A DNA stretch of 64,000 bases. It comes from Desulfomonilia bacterium (GTDB lineage: Bacteria > Desulfobacterota > Desulfomonilia > UBA1062). Position numbers and translations under genes: made by a program. The stretch spans positions 64,001-128,000 of the forward strand of contig CAXXDQ010000006.1 in assembly GCA_963664325.2 (NCBI GenBank), in the 5' to 3' direction. The notes under the pieces were generated by a model that had not been told where the DNA came from, did no database searches, and worked only from the letters and a program-made list of their open reading frames with translations. Below, piece by piece: positions 10,707-21,166 of the stretch; position 1 is the stretch's first letter; every line of letters begins with the position of its first letter.

Positions 10707-12335
10707 CTACATCATGGTCACGCGCCACAAAAGGCCCATGGCTGGGATGATGAACCAGAGCGATTTGACATAGACCAGGTAAAGCCTGCTGTCGAAGATG
10801 ATGTGATCGTTGTAGATGTCAATTCCTTTTGCCAGGAAGAACAGCGATGGCAGCAGACCATAGGCAAGTGCGGGTGTGAGCTTGAGCGGAAATCCCAGGA
10901 ACAGGATCAGGGCCAGACCCATGATCGTATATTCCATGACCATTATGCCGCGGGTTTCGCTGATATACCTGGCCAGACTGAGGCGCCCCATGATGGCGTC
11001 CCGCTCCATATTCTTGAGTCCAACAAGAATGTCGGAACCCAGATACTGAACGCATGAAAATATGGCCAGGAGAAGAATGCCGGGTTTTGCCGGCGCCGCC
11101 ATCATGCTTAACGGGACGATTATGGAAACCAGAAGAAAGAGCACCATGCAGTAGATGCTCCTCATGTAATCCTTTATCCTTATCGTGCTCAGGATGGGCC
11201 TTAAGAGAGAAACACCCGCGGCAAGAATTCCTGCGGCAAGACCGGAGCCTATAATGGCTACCGAAATGGCCAGACCGGTGCAGATGCTCCACCTTATGAA
11301 CATGTTGAAATCCCATTTAAAGTCAAGAGTGGCGAAAGCCAGGAAGAATACGGCCACGAAAACGTCCCATTTGTAAGTAAGATCACAGAATACCAGGGCG
11401 GCCATTGCTACGCCCACCGCTCCCATCGCTGTAGCAAAAGGTGTTTTGGCGATCAGGTTAAGCGCCCTGTTTTTTATGCCCGATGACTTGTCGATGGTCC
11501 TGAGGTTTTCAATGCATTCCTCTATCACCCACTGGGGAGTTGAAGCGCCTGCAATGATCGCCACATTGAGCATGTCCGTCGTGTCGAGGTTTTTGAGCTG
11601 GCCGGCATTCTCCACTCTTATCACATGCCGGTTCTGCTTCTGGGCTAGTTCTGCAAGCCTTTTCGTGTTTGCAGAGTTTCTGCCGCCTATGACGATAAAC
11701 GTATCATGGTCTTTTGAAAGGTCTTCGACCTCCTTCTGTCTGTCAACTGTTGAACGGCAGATGGTGTCGTTTATGTCCAGCACCTCGACCCTCTCCTTCA
11801 GGACTTTCAGTATATCTTTGTAAAGAGCGACATCGAATGTGGTCTGCGCAACGACCGCCAGGCGTTTGACCGCAGGGACTGCCTTTGCGTCCTCTATGCT
11901 CTGTACGGGTATGCCTTTCCCGCCGGCAACTCCCAGATGCGCCTCCATCTCGGGATGATCCCTGTCGCCTACTATCGCTATGGCATCCGCATTTTTTGCA
12001 GCCTTCTTGATGATTGCGTGGACTTTGAGCACCATGGGACAGGTGGCGTCTATTACCCGCACCCCGCGTTCTTTCAGAACCCCTTTTTTCTCAGGAGAGA
12101 TGCCGTGCGCCCGGATAATGGCTATGTCACCGGATTTGAGCTTTGGATCGAGTATGTCGTTGACGATGCCGATGCCCCTTCTGGAGATGGCATCTATGAC
12201 CTGAGGGTTATGAATTATCGGGCCAACCGTAAATATTCTTGCACCCGGGTTTTTCTGCCTGATCTTGAAGGTTACATCAATAGCCCTTCTGACACCGAAG
12301 CAGAACCCGGCATGCCTGGCAATTGTAATTTTCAT
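10707..12335 (-). CDS. ispH: 4-hydroxy-3-methylbut-2-enyl diphosphate reductase fused to a UbiA-like membrane domain
   Basis: GFCFGV, IIHN, RAHG, DATCP, H-P-E, QTT, DTIC, SANT, AGASTP; ~250 aa hydrophobic C-terminus with ..ERDAIMGR.. Confidence 0.9.
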   Translation of the reverse strand: MKITIARHAGFCFGVRRAIDVTFKIRQKNPGARIFTVGPIIHNPQVIDAISRRGIGIVNDILDPKLKSGDIAIIRAHGISPEKKGVLKERGVRVIDATCPMVLKVHAIIKKAAKNADAIAIVGDRDHPEMEAHLGVAGGKGIPVQSIEDAKAVPAVKRLAVVAQTTFDVALYKDILKVLKERVEVLDINDTICRSTVDRQKEVEDLSKDHDTFIVIGGRNSANTKRLAELAQKQNRHVIRVENAGQLKNLDTTDMLNVAIIAGASTPQWVIEECIENLRTIDKSSGIKNRALNLIAKTPFATAMGAVGVAMAALVFCDLTYKWDVFVAVFFLAFATLDFKWDFNMFIRWSICTGLAISVAIIGSGLAAGILAAGVSLLRPILSTIRIKDYMRSIYCMVLFLLVSIIVPLSMMAAPAKPGILLLAIFSCVQYLGSDILVGLKNMERDAIMGRLSLARYISETRGIMVMEYTIMGLALILFLGFPLKLTPALAYGLLPSLFFLAKGIDIYNDHIIFDSRLYLVYVKSLWFIIPAMGLLWRVTMM

Positions 12336-12338
12336 CCA

Positions 12339-13067
12339 TCATTTCCCAAAAGCACAGTAAATTAGATACTCCTGGTTGCCCTTTGCCCCTTTGACGGGGG
12401 AAGGGATATTACCAAGAGGTATAAGTCCTATTGAATAAAGAAATTCTTTTATATTTTCAACAACAGATATTGCCGTGTCCTCATCTTTTATTATACCTTT
12501 TTTGGTCATGCCCTTTCCCGCCTCGAATTGCGGTTTAACAAGTGCCACAATCTCCGAGGGCTTTTTGAGGATATTAAGAACGGGCGGGATCACCAGTCTG
12601 AGCGAAATAAATGATACGTCAAAGACGGCAATATCGCATGGTTCTGGAATCAGGGACCTCTCGATGGTTCTTGCGTTCACCTTTTCCAGGCAGACAACAC
12701 GAGGGTCATTTCTGAGTCGGTAGTGAAGTTGCGAATGGCCGACATCCACTGCATAAACCCTGGAAGCACCCCTCTGCAGCAACAGATCGGTAAACCCGCC
12801 TGTCGAGGCGCCCACATCAACGGCCACCTTGTCCTTGATCTCGATTTTGAATGCATCCACAGCGGCCTCGAGTTTGTACCCGGCCCTGCTTACATAAGGA
12901 CATCTTTTTTTTACAGCGATTATTGCATCGGTGTTTACGGGTGTGCCGGCTTTTGAGATTACCCGGCCGTCTACAGTAACCTGGCCTGCCATGACAAGCG
13001 AAAGGGCTCTGGCCCTCGATTCAGCAAGGCCGCGTTCCGTCAGGATTTTATCAAGCCTTTCCTTCAT
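12339..13067 (-). CDS. tlyA: TlyA family rRNA 2'-O-methyltransferase
   Basis: S4 domain ERLD, YVSRAGYKL, DVGASTGGFTD, DVSFISL, KPQFE, GNQEY. Confidence 0.93.
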   Translation of the reverse strand: MKERLDKILTERGLAESRARALSLVMAGQVTVDGRVISKAGTPVNTDAIIAVKKRCPYVSRAGYKLEAAVDAFKIEIKDKVAVDVGASTGGFTDLLLQRGASRVYAVDVGHSQLHYRLRNDPRVVCLEKVNARTIERSLIPEPCDIAVFDVSFISLRLVIPPVLNILKKPSEIVALVKPQFEAGKGMTKKGIIKDEDTAISVVENIKEFLYSIGLIPLGNIPSPVKGAKGNQEYLIYCAFGK

Positions 13068-14916
13068 CCGACATTACTTGACTGATTGCCGACCTGATAC
13101 CGTCAGCATCCATACCCAGCCGGACCCTGAGTTCAGGGATTTTACCGTGTTCGACAAATCTGTCAGGTATTCCCACAAGCCTGTATGTTATGGGCAGGTT
13201 GATCCCTGAAAGGCCTTCCAGGACTGCAGACCCTGCACCGCCTGTTATTGTTCCGTCTTCTATGACTATGAATTTCCCGCCGCATTTTTTAACACTTTCC
13301 CTCACCAGGTCTTCGTCCAGTGGTTTGATGCTCCTCAAGTCTACAATCAAGGCGTCTGTTGACTCCGCCGCCTTGAGCGCCTCATAGATGAGCGGCCCTG
13401 TGCAGAATATTGCCACTTCCTTTCCATCTTTTATGACCTCGGCTTTTCCCGGGACAAAGCCTTTGAAGTCAAGCGGGTCTGTTATTGACGTGTCCCTGGG
13501 GTAGCGTATCGCAACCGGTTCGTTCATGAGAAGGGCGTATTTGAGCATTTCTTTCAACATGACCTGGTCTCTCGGCGCCAGGAGAATGATGTTTGGGATA
13601 TCCCTCATAAAGGCTATATCGAAAGCGCCATTGTGTGTCGGTCCGTCCTGGCCGACAATACCGGCCCTGTCAATGGCGAATATGACGGGAAGTTTCTGAA
13701 GGGCCACGTCATGTATTATTTCATCATATGCCCTCTGAAAGAATGTCGAGTATATGGCCACGACCGGCCTGAGTCCGTACATTGCCATCCCCGCTGCCAT
13801 TGTCACCGCATGGCCTTCCGCAATGCCCACATCAAAGAACCTGTCTGGGAATTCCGAGGCAAAGGCATCAAGGCCGGTCCCTTTCTTCATTGCGGCAGTT
13901 ATTGCTACAATTCTTTCATCCTCTTTTGCAAGTTCGACAAGGGCTTCCCCGAAAACATCCGAATATAAGGGAAGCCGCGCCTTTGTTTTTGACTCGCCGT
14001 TGAGCTTGTGGAAAGTTCCTATACCATGGAAGTTTTCCGGATTGAGATAAGCCGGACCATAGCCATAACCTTTTTTAGTTATTACATGCATGAAAATCGG
14101 GCCGTCAATCTTTGATATATTGTCGAAAGCCTCCACCAGATGCGCCATATTATGCCCGTCAATCGGGCCGATGTACCTGAAGCCGATCTGTTCGAAAAGG
14201 GTCCCGCCGGATGAGACGACGCCCTTGAGGTTGCCCTCTATATGCTTGCCTATTTTATACAGTCTGTTCCCGACAATGGGCAGGCCGAAAATCGTCGCTT
14301 TAAGCCTCTCCTTTACACTCCTGATCTTCCTGGATGTCATGAGCCTGCTCAGGTAATCGGCCAGGGCGCCCACCCTGGTTGATATGAACATCTCGTTGTC
14401 ATTGAGGATCACGAGCAGGTTCATCTGCTGCATGCCCACGAAGTTGAGTCCCTCAAAAGTAAGCCCGTTGGAAAGGGATCCGTCACCGATAACTGCTATC
14501 ACGCGGTCTTTGATCCCCTGTTTCCTGAATGCCTCGCTGATTCCGCTTGCGGCGGAAATGGCGTTTCCCGCATGTCCTGAGATGAATGAGTCATAGCTGC
14601 TCTCTTCCGGGTTTATAAAAGGGCTCAGCCCGCCCGCCTGTCTCAATTCGGAGAATTTATCTTTTCTGCCGGTTATGATCTTGTGAGAATAGCTCTGGTG
14701 GCCCACATCCCAGACAACCCTGTCCTTAGGAGTATTGAATACGTAATGAAGAGCCAGCGTGAGATCAACGGCACCAAGGCTCGATGCAAGGTGCCCGCCC
14801 GTTTCACTTACATTATGGATTATGAATTCCCGTATTTCCTTGGCCAGCAGTTCAAGCTGGGCTGTCGTGAGGCTTTTCAGATCATCAGGGTTCGTAATCT
14901 TATCAAGCAGGCCCAT
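13051..14916 (-). CDS. dxs: 1-deoxy-D-xylulose-5-phosphate synthase
   Basis: GGHLASSLG, WDVGHQ, GDGS..LNDN, DVGIAE, YSTF, DRAG..DGPTH. Confidence 0.96.
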   Translation of the reverse strand: MGLLDKITNPDDLKSLTTAQLELLAKEIREFIIHNVSETGGHLASSLGAVDLTLALHYVFNTPKDRVVWDVGHQSYSHKIITGRKDKFSELRQAGGLSPFINPEESSYDSFISGHAGNAISAASGISEAFRKQGIKDRVIAVIGDGSLSNGLTFEGLNFVGMQQMNLLVILNDNEMFISTRVGALADYLSRLMTSRKIRSVKERLKATIFGLPIVGNRLYKIGKHIEGNLKGVVSSGGTLFEQIGFRYIGPIDGHNMAHLVEAFDNISKIDGPIFMHVITKKGYGYGPAYLNPENFHGIGTFHKLNGESKTKARLPLYSDVFGEALVELAKEDERIVAITAAMKKGTGLDAFASEFPDRFFDVGIAEGHAVTMAAGMAMYGLRPVVAIYSTFFQRAYDEIIHDVALQKLPVIFAIDRAGIVGQDGPTHNGAFDIAFMRDIPNIILLAPRDQVMLKEMLKYALLMNEPVAIRYPRDTSITDPLDFKGFVPGKAEVIKDGKEVAIFCTGPLIYEALKAAESTDALIVDLRSIKPLDEDLVRESVKKCGGKFIVIEDGTITGGAGSAVLEGLSGINLPITYRLVGIPDRFVEHGKIPELRVRLGMDADGIRSAISQVMSDEGKA

Positions 14917-14919
14917 TTT

Positions 14920-15789
14920 CTAGTTCACCCTTTTAAGCATATCGTGCGCAATGTTTTCGAGATGAGGGACGTTCAGTCCCTTGAGAGCGGCGAGTGCAAG
15001 GTCGGTCTGTTCCTGCGCCCATTTTAGTGTCTCCTGGACGCCCAGCACCCTGACTATGGTGGCCTTTTCCTGGAGTATATCCTTGCCGGCGGTCTTGCCG
15101 AGGTTGCCTGAATCTGAAGTGACGTCAAGGATATCGTCTATGGCCTGGAATGCAAGACCAAGATGCCTGCCGTATACCTTCATCGCTTTCAGCATATCCG
15201 TTGGAGCGCAGGCTATCCTGGCACCCGTGTAAGTGGAGAGTTCAAACAGCCTGGAGGTTTTTCTCAGGTATATATCGGTAATTCCTTTGAGGTTTATTGC
15301 CTTTTTTTCCGCCATGATGTCATCATATTCACCTTTAATAAGGCCGTCCAACCCGCATGAATTTGCAATTGCGCAGGTTATATCGGATATGGCGTCAGCC
15401 GGAAGGCCTGACCCGGCAACAATGGAAAAAGCCTCAAATATCAGGGCATCGCCTGCGAGGATGGCAGTTGCTTCACCGAATGTTTTATGGCAGGTGGGCT
15501 TTCCCCTTCTGAGATCGTCGTTGTCAATTGCCGGCAGGTCGTCATGTATCAGGCTGAAGGTATGTATCATTTCTATGGCAAGTCCCGCCGGCAGTGTAAG
15601 GGCAGGATTTCCGCCGCATGCATCGGCTGCCAGCATGACGATTACAGGCCTGAGCCTTTTCCCTCCTGCAGACAGGCTGTATGTGCATGCAATGTTAAGG
15701 CCGCCCGAGTTCTCAAATCTGTTTATATAGGAATTGAGGTAATCCTCAAATATGGCTTTATATGAACTGATCTTGCCTGCTGTATCCAA
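14920..15789 (-). CDS. ispA: Polyprenyl diphosphate synthase (geranyltranstransferase)
   Basis: GGKRLRP, HDDLPAIDNDDLRRG, AFQAIDDILD; upstream of dxs. Confidence 0.92.
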   Translation of the reverse strand: MDTAGKISSYKAIFEDYLNSYINRFENSGGLNIACTYSLSAGGKRLRPVIVMLAADACGGNPALTLPAGLAIEMIHTFSLIHDDLPAIDNDDLRRGKPTCHKTFGEATAILAGDALIFEAFSIVAGSGLPADAISDITCAIANSCGLDGLIKGEYDDIMAEKKAINLKGITDIYLRKTSRLFELSTYTGARIACAPTDMLKAMKVYGRHLGLAFQAIDDILDVTSDSGNLGKTAGKDILQEKATIVRVLGVQETLKWAQEQTDLALAALKGLNVPHLENIAHDMLKRVN

Positions 15790-15846
15790 AAGCTACCTCC
15801 AAGGAAATTGCCATATCATGCTAAAAGGCTTTCTTCAAGTTTCGCC

Positions 15847-16821
15847 TTACTGCACAGGAGTTTCCTGAGCGCCATCAGTCTCACTCTCCGGCAGGGGAAG
15901 GGACAGTTCGGTAAATATGCCCATAACCGACTTAACATAATAACTGTTATGATTGTAGTTCCAGATTGCCTGTTTGCGGCTGGTTTCATCCTCTTTCCAG
16001 CCGCCTCTGTTAAGATAGTTGGCAATGCTTGCAATGGCATCTTCCATTGAAAAAGGGTCCCTGATGCCGTCTGAATTGCCGTCTTTAAAATAATTCACCA
16101 CGCTTGACGGGATGAACTGCGCAGGTCCTATCGCACCCGCATATGAGCCCTTGAATTCAAGAGGGTCCATATCAAGCTCATCGGAAAGCCTGATGATATC
16201 TTTTATTTCCCTTAACGCCCACTCCCCTTTTACAATAGCAGTCATCCTTGTCGATTCAGTGTCAATTCCAGTGTAGCGATCCCTGTTTCTCTGGATGAAG
16301 CCTTCAAGAAAGTCGGGATTAATACATGCCGCAAGGTTCAGATAGGCATTAAAGACATGATACCTCTCATAATCCCTGCCCAGTTTGGATTCTATAATAA
16401 GTATCGCTGTTATAGCTTCTGCCGGGACATGGTATTCCGATTCGATAAACACGAAAGTATCATGCCGGTCTTTGATAAACTGCCTTCCCAGGTCAATATA
16501 TTTCTGATCAACATAGCGGGGCGGTTTTTTTATTGTTTCAGGCTGTACTGCAGGCTGGGGGGCCTGATTTGCATCGGTGTTAATAACGGGCTTGGCCTGC
16601 GGTTTCGGCTGATAAAGATTCTGGATAAGTACGGAATTATTGTAGACCGTTCTTGGGTCTTCAAGAATCTGGTCGGACATTGACGGCTCGAAACCCTTAT
16701 CGAGCAGGAGCATCCTCAAGAAATTCCTGTCCAGGTAGTCTCCGGTGTATGCCGGAGTCGAGGATAATAAAATCATCACCGCTGAAATTATACTCCAAAG
16801 GTAATTTATCCTGTACTCCAT
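15847..16821 (-). CDS. Lytic murein transglycosylase, MltB family
   Basis: Signal peptide, AILIIESKLG, GSYAGAIGPAQFIPSS, EF-hand DGNSDG, SIANYL, YNH. Confidence 0.85.
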   Translation of the reverse strand: MEYRINYLWSIISAVMILLSSTPAYTGDYLDRNFLRMLLLDKGFEPSMSDQILEDPRTVYNNSVLIQNLYQPKPQAKPVINTDANQAPQPAVQPETIKKPPRYVDQKYIDLGRQFIKDRHDTFVFIESEYHVPAEAITAILIIESKLGRDYERYHVFNAYLNLAACINPDFLEGFIQRNRDRYTGIDTESTRMTAIVKGEWALREIKDIIRLSDELDMDPLEFKGSYAGAIGPAQFIPSSVVNYFKDGNSDGIRDPFSMEDAIASIANYLNRGGWKEDETSRKQAIWNYNHNSYYVKSVMGIFTELSLPLPESETDGAQETPVQ

Positions 16822-16919
16822 AGGATTACAATATACCGTGTTTCAGGATTCCACAAGCTCTGTCAAGCTGGCTCTATTGTCTTGACTTGTGACTTGAGGC
16901 AGGAATAAAGAGGACTTTT

Positions 16920-18251
16920 ATGAAACGTATTATGATAGCAAACAGGGGAGAAGTCGCCCTGAGGATAATCAGAACGGCCCGGGAACTAGGGCTTGAGACC
17001 ATTGCAATATTTTCCGAAGCGGACAGAAACATGGACTATCTGAACCTGGCGGATGAGCGGGTTCAGATTGGTCCTGCCCATCCGGCAAAAAGTTATCTGA
17101 ACATGGATGCCATAATGGCTGCCGCCATAACCTGGAAGGCGAATGCAATTCATCCGGGTTACGGGTTTTTATCCGAGAATCCTATTTTTGCCGCAAAATG
17201 CGAGGAAAACGGAATAGTCTTTATTGGTCCGTCAAGCACTGTTTTAAGGACAATCGGGAATAAGTCCAGGACAAAGGAAGTTGCTTTTTCACTTGGTATC
17301 CCGACTATCCCGGGCTCGGGCGGGTTTGCCACAACTGTCGAACAGGCCGTATTCATGGCGAAGGATACCGGGTATCCTGTAATTTTAAAATCCCTGTACG
17401 GCGGCGGCGGCAGGGGTATGAAGGTTGCGAACGACGAGGACCAGCTCAAACAGCATTTTGATAATGTCAGCAGCGAGGCCAATGCCGCCTTTGGAAGAAG
17501 CGAAATCTATATTGAACGGTACATTGACTGTCCGAGACACCTGGAGGTCCAGGTTGCATCAGATTCTCACGGGCATATCCGCATTCTCGGAGACAGGGAA
17601 TGCTCGATACAAAGAAGGCATCAGAAAATTATCGAGGAAGGGCCTATCCCGTTTATTGAAGAGAGCACAAGAAAAGACCTGTGGTGCTGGTCAAAAAAAA
17701 TAATGGCAGCGCTTGAATTCGAGGGGCTCGGGACAGTAGAGTTTCTGATGGACAAGGATGGCAATTCATATTTCCTGGAAATAAACGGCAGGCTTCAGGT
17801 GGAGCATCCGGTGACGGAAATGCTTACCGGACTGGATATTGTGAGGGAGCAGATACTTATATCCGTAGGATCAATGATTTCTGAAGACCCTCCGGTCCAG
17901 ACAGGCCATGCAATAGAATGCAGGCTGAATTCGGAAAATCCGGCTTTGAATTTTATTCCGACAACAGGCACGATAAACAGGATGAGGCTTCCCGGCGGAC
18001 CGGGTGCAAGGGTGGATACGCATATCTACAGGGGCTGTGAGATAAGCCAGTTCTATGATTCCCTGCTGGCAAAGATTATTGCCCATAACTCGAACAGAAA
18101 GGGCGCCCTTGCGAAAATGATGAGGATGCTGGAGGAGACATACATTGAAGGCATAAAAACCAATAAGGATCTCCTGTTGAAACTTGTTACGAACGTAAAA
18201 TTCCAGGAAGGAGGAGGCGATACTTCATTAGTCAAGGAAGTATTGTCCTGA
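16920..18251 (+). CDS. accC: Biotin carboxylase
   Basis: IANRGE, HPGYGFLSEN, GGGGRGM, RECSIQRRHQK, RLQVEH, FYDSLLAK. Confidence 0.9.
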   Translation: MKRIMIANRGEVALRIIRTARELGLETIAIFSEADRNMDYLNLADERVQIGPAHPAKSYLNMDAIMAAAITWKANAIHPGYGFLSENPIFAAKCEENGIVFIGPSSTVLRTIGNKSRTKEVAFSLGIPTIPGSGGFATTVEQAVFMAKDTGYPVILKSLYGGGGRGMKVANDEDQLKQHFDNVSSEANAAFGRSEIYIERYIDCPRHLEVQVASDSHGHIRILGDRECSIQRRHQKIIEEGPIPFIEESTRKDLWCWSKKIMAALEFEGLGTVEFLMDKDGNSYFLEINGRLQVEHPVTEMLTGLDIVREQILISVGSMISEDPPVQTGHAIECRLNSENPALNFIPTTGTINRMRLPGGPGARVDTHIYRGCEISQFYDSLLAKIIAHNSNRKGALAKMMRMLEETYIEGIKTNKDLLLKLVTNVKFQEGGGDTSLVKEVLS

Positions 18252-18266
18252 TAAAAAGATTGTTTT

Positions 18267-19430
18267 ATGCATCCTGAAAGAGTCCTTACTACTGTCTGCT
18301 GCATCACTTTTGTAGTCATGCTCGGTATCGGGATTGTCATACCTCTGCTGCCTTCATATGCCCAGAACATGGGCGCAACCGCAACTGAAATAGGCCTGAT
18401 ATTTTCAAGCTTCGCACTTGCCAGGGCCGTATCGACCCCCTTTGCAGGGGCGATTGCCGACAGGATGAATATGAAACCCATGATGCTTTTAGGTCTTATC
18501 ACCTATACGATGCTTTCATTCACATATGTCATTGCGACCAGGCCTTATCATCTTGTAGCTATAAGGGCGCTGCACGGCATGGCTTCGGCGTTTGTCATAC
18601 CCCTGGCGCTCACATATGCGGCCAACATTTCCCGTGAAGGGGAAGAAGGCCTTTTTATGGGCTCAATCAATATGGCGCTGTTCTTCGGCATGGGAGCCGG
18701 CCCTCTCATAGGAGGGTTCATCACTGACAGGCTGGGATTGAATGCGGCTTTTTATTGCCTTTCGGGACTGTCAGGCCTGGCAATGATTACCGCCGTATTT
18801 TTTCTCCCTTCAATGCGCAAATTTTACTCAAAGGAAAAACCGGCCGTGTTTTCCGGGATATTGAAAAACCCGGTCATGCTGGGCCTGCTTCTATTCAGGA
18901 TAATCAACGCGCTTGGTAGCGGCAGCCTGATGGTTTTTGTTCCTTTGCTTGCCCGAGGTTACGGATTGACATCCACCATGATCGGGATGCTGATTTCTGC
19001 GAACATTTTCCTCACCGGAATTCTTCAGAGGCCTATAGGCAGGGTATCAAAAAAAGAAAACAGTCTTTTCATGATCATCTCCGGATCGGTCATAAGCGCG
19101 GTGACCCTGGCGTGTCTGCCGTTCGGGAAAGGGATTGTAGTCTACTTCATTCTAAGCTGTGTAATGGGATTCGGGAGCGCCGTTTCCATGCCGGCGGCGT
19201 CCATTCTTATGATTGAGCACGGGAAACAGGCCGGCATGTCAACGACTATGGGGATATTCGATACTGCAATGAGCGTGGGGATGATAGCAGGGCCTCTTTT
19301 TTCAGGTGTAGTCATGGATTATATGGGAATCGCCTGGGTGTTTTATGCGGGCGGCATAATCTGTCTGGCCGGTACGGCTGTTTTCTGGCTTCTTGCTAGG
19401 ACAGGTAACGCGCAAGCTCATCCCTGCTGA
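18267..19430 (+). CDS. MFS transporter (DHA1/TetA-like)
   Basis: About 12 hydrophobic segments; motif A variant GAIADR. Confidence 0.85.
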   Translation: MHPERVLTTVCCITFVVMLGIGIVIPLLPSYAQNMGATATEIGLIFSSFALARAVSTPFAGAIADRMNMKPMMLLGLITYTMLSFTYVIATRPYHLVAIRALHGMASAFVIPLALTYAANISREGEEGLFMGSINMALFFGMGAGPLIGGFITDRLGLNAAFYCLSGLSGLAMITAVFFLPSMRKFYSKEKPAVFSGILKNPVMLGLLLFRIINALGSGSLMVFVPLLARGYGLTSTMIGMLISANIFLTGILQRPIGRVSKKENSLFMIISGSVISAVTLACLPFGKGIVVYFILSCVMGFGSAVSMPAASILMIEHGKQAGMSTTMGIFDTAMSVGMIAGPLFSGVVMDYMGIAWVFYAGGIICLAGTAVFWLLARTGNAQAHPC

Positions 19431-20403
19431 ACTCGGGCAGGGGTTCTCTTTTCCCGTTTCTGATGAGGACAAGTCCCGATTCAGTTACATGTCCGATAAT
19501 GGTACCTTTTATCCCTTCGGCCTGCCATGCCTCGATTATACTTTTCGCATTTTCATCGGGACAGCATGCCAGGAGAGAGCCTGATGCTATTGCCCCCAAA
19601 GGATCTATGCCGAGTCTTTCGAGCATATCCCTGGCAAGGCCGAGGACCGGGATACTGTCCATGTCGGCTTCAACACCGCAGCGGGAGGCCTTGGCAAGCT
19701 CCATCAGGCCTGTTGCCAGTCCGCCTTCGGTTGGATCATGCAGGGCGGTGGCTCCCAGTCCTGCTGCGATAACGGCTTCCTTCATAATGCTTATGCCTGG
19801 ATCATGAATCAGGTTTCTTGCCGTGTTCAGCGTTTCTTCATCAAGGCCAAGCTTTTCAGGCATCTGCCGGGCGATTATCGATACCGCTTCAATCGGGATT
19901 GACTTTGATAAGAGGATTGCATCGCCATTTTTTGCATTTGATGCCCCCAGAGGTTCTCTTTCGAGCGTTCCGATCATGAATCCGGCTGCAATCGGCCTGT
20001 TAAGGCCGTGGGTTATTTCGGTATGGCCGCCGAGCAGTATGATGTTCATGGATTTGCAGACGTTTATCAGTTCTTCAAACAGGCTTTCAACATCGGCTGT
20101 CATTATACCTTCCGGAAGCAGGATTGTCACAAGAAGGTATCTGGGTGTTCCTCCCATGCAGGCTATATCGTTTGAATTTACGGTGATCAGATACCGGAAA
20201 ATATCCTCGCTCAGGAAGGTGATGGGATCGGTTTTGAAGACCAGTCTGTGGCCGCCGAAATCAACAACCGCAGCATCCTCACCAATGCCGGAACCTGCAA
20301 TTATGTCAGGACCGTATGCCGGAATGGATTTTAAAAGCCTTTCAAGAAGTGGTGCGGGCAGTTTTCCGAGCGGAAGTCCGTGTTCCCGGTCCTTCATACC
20401 CAT
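19396..20403 (-). CDS. AIR synthase (PurM/HypE-like) family protein
   Basis: GEDAAV, KTDPIT, NDIACMG, GGHTE, HDPTEGGL; lacks the HypE C-terminal PRIC. Confidence 0.82.
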   Translation of the reverse strand: MGMKDREHGLPLGKLPAPLLERLLKSIPAYGPDIIAGSGIGEDAAVVDFGGHRLVFKTDPITFLSEDIFRYLITVNSNDIACMGGTPRYLLVTILLPEGIMTADVESLFEELINVCKSMNIILLGGHTEITHGLNRPIAAGFMIGTLEREPLGASNAKNGDAILLSKSIPIEAVSIIARQMPEKLGLDEETLNTARNLIHDPGISIMKEAVIAAGLGATALHDPTEGGLATGLMELAKASRCGVEADMDSIPVLGLARDMLERLGIDPLGAIASGSLLACCPDENAKSIIEAWQAEGIKGTIIGHVTESGLVLIRNGKREPLPEFSRDELARYLS

Positions 20404-21164
20404 CAGCCCTCGATATAGGCATAGGCATTGTGGTTGTGGATGCTTTCCATGTTCTCGGCCTCGACTGAAAACCAGTCAAACTCAGGTCTCTTTGACAGCT
20501 CAGCGGCCGCCTGCCTGACGACATCCTCAACAAACATGGGGTTTTCGTAGGCATATTCGGTAAGATATTTTTCATCGGGCCTTTTTAAAACGGAATAGAC
20601 AGGGCTCGATCCGCATTTTTCAATGAGTTCGATCAGGTCTTCCATCCAGAAAAACCTGTTGTATCTGACAACTGCACGGATAATTCCGCGCTGGGAATGA
20701 GCGCTGTTTACGCTGATCTCTTTTGAACAGGGGCAAAGAGTCTGAACCGGCACCTTGACTCCAACACGGAAATCCCTGGTTTCACCCACTGACCCGATGA
20801 GGGAACATTGATATCCCATGAGACCCTGGACTTTGCTGATCGGGGCCTCTTTCTCGATGAAATAGGGAAACTCGATTTCCATGTGCGCGCTCTTGGCTTC
20901 AAGTGCGGACCTTATCTCGAGGAGTATATGCTCAAACCTGTTGATGTGTATCTCTTCGTGATATTCGTTCAGCACTTCGATAAACCTGCTCATATGGGTA
21001 CCCTTAAATTCTACGGGCAGGTCCACATAAAGGTTTATCGAGGCGACAGTATGCTGGGTGCCCCGTTTCCTGTCTTTGACAACAATCGGATAACTGATGT
21101 CTTTAACGCCGACTTTATGGATGTAAAGCGGGTTTTCAGGCTTCTGCTTCTGGATGTCTTTCAT
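20403..21164 (-). CDS. folE2: GTP cyclohydrolase I type B
   Basis: KVGVK, KGTHMSRF, TLCPCSK, AHSQRG, KRPDEK, FVED, ESIHNH. Confidence 0.95.
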   Translation of the reverse strand: MKDIQKQKPENPLYIHKVGVKDISYPIVVKDRKRGTQHTVASINLYVDLPVEFKGTHMSRFIEVLNEYHEEIHINRFEHILLEIRSALEAKSAHMEIEFPYFIEKEAPISKVQGLMGYQCSLIGSVGETRDFRVGVKVPVQTLCPCSKEISVNSAHSQRGIIRAVVRYNRFFWMEDLIELIEKCGSSPVYSVLKRPDEKYLTEYAYENPMFVEDVVRQAAAELSKRPEFDWFSVEAENMESIHNHNAYAYIEG

Positions 21165-21166
21165 GG

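Noticed and set aside
19396-20403. Calling the gene hypE
   Set aside because: No C-terminal PRIC cysteine and no hyp/hydrogenase neighbours
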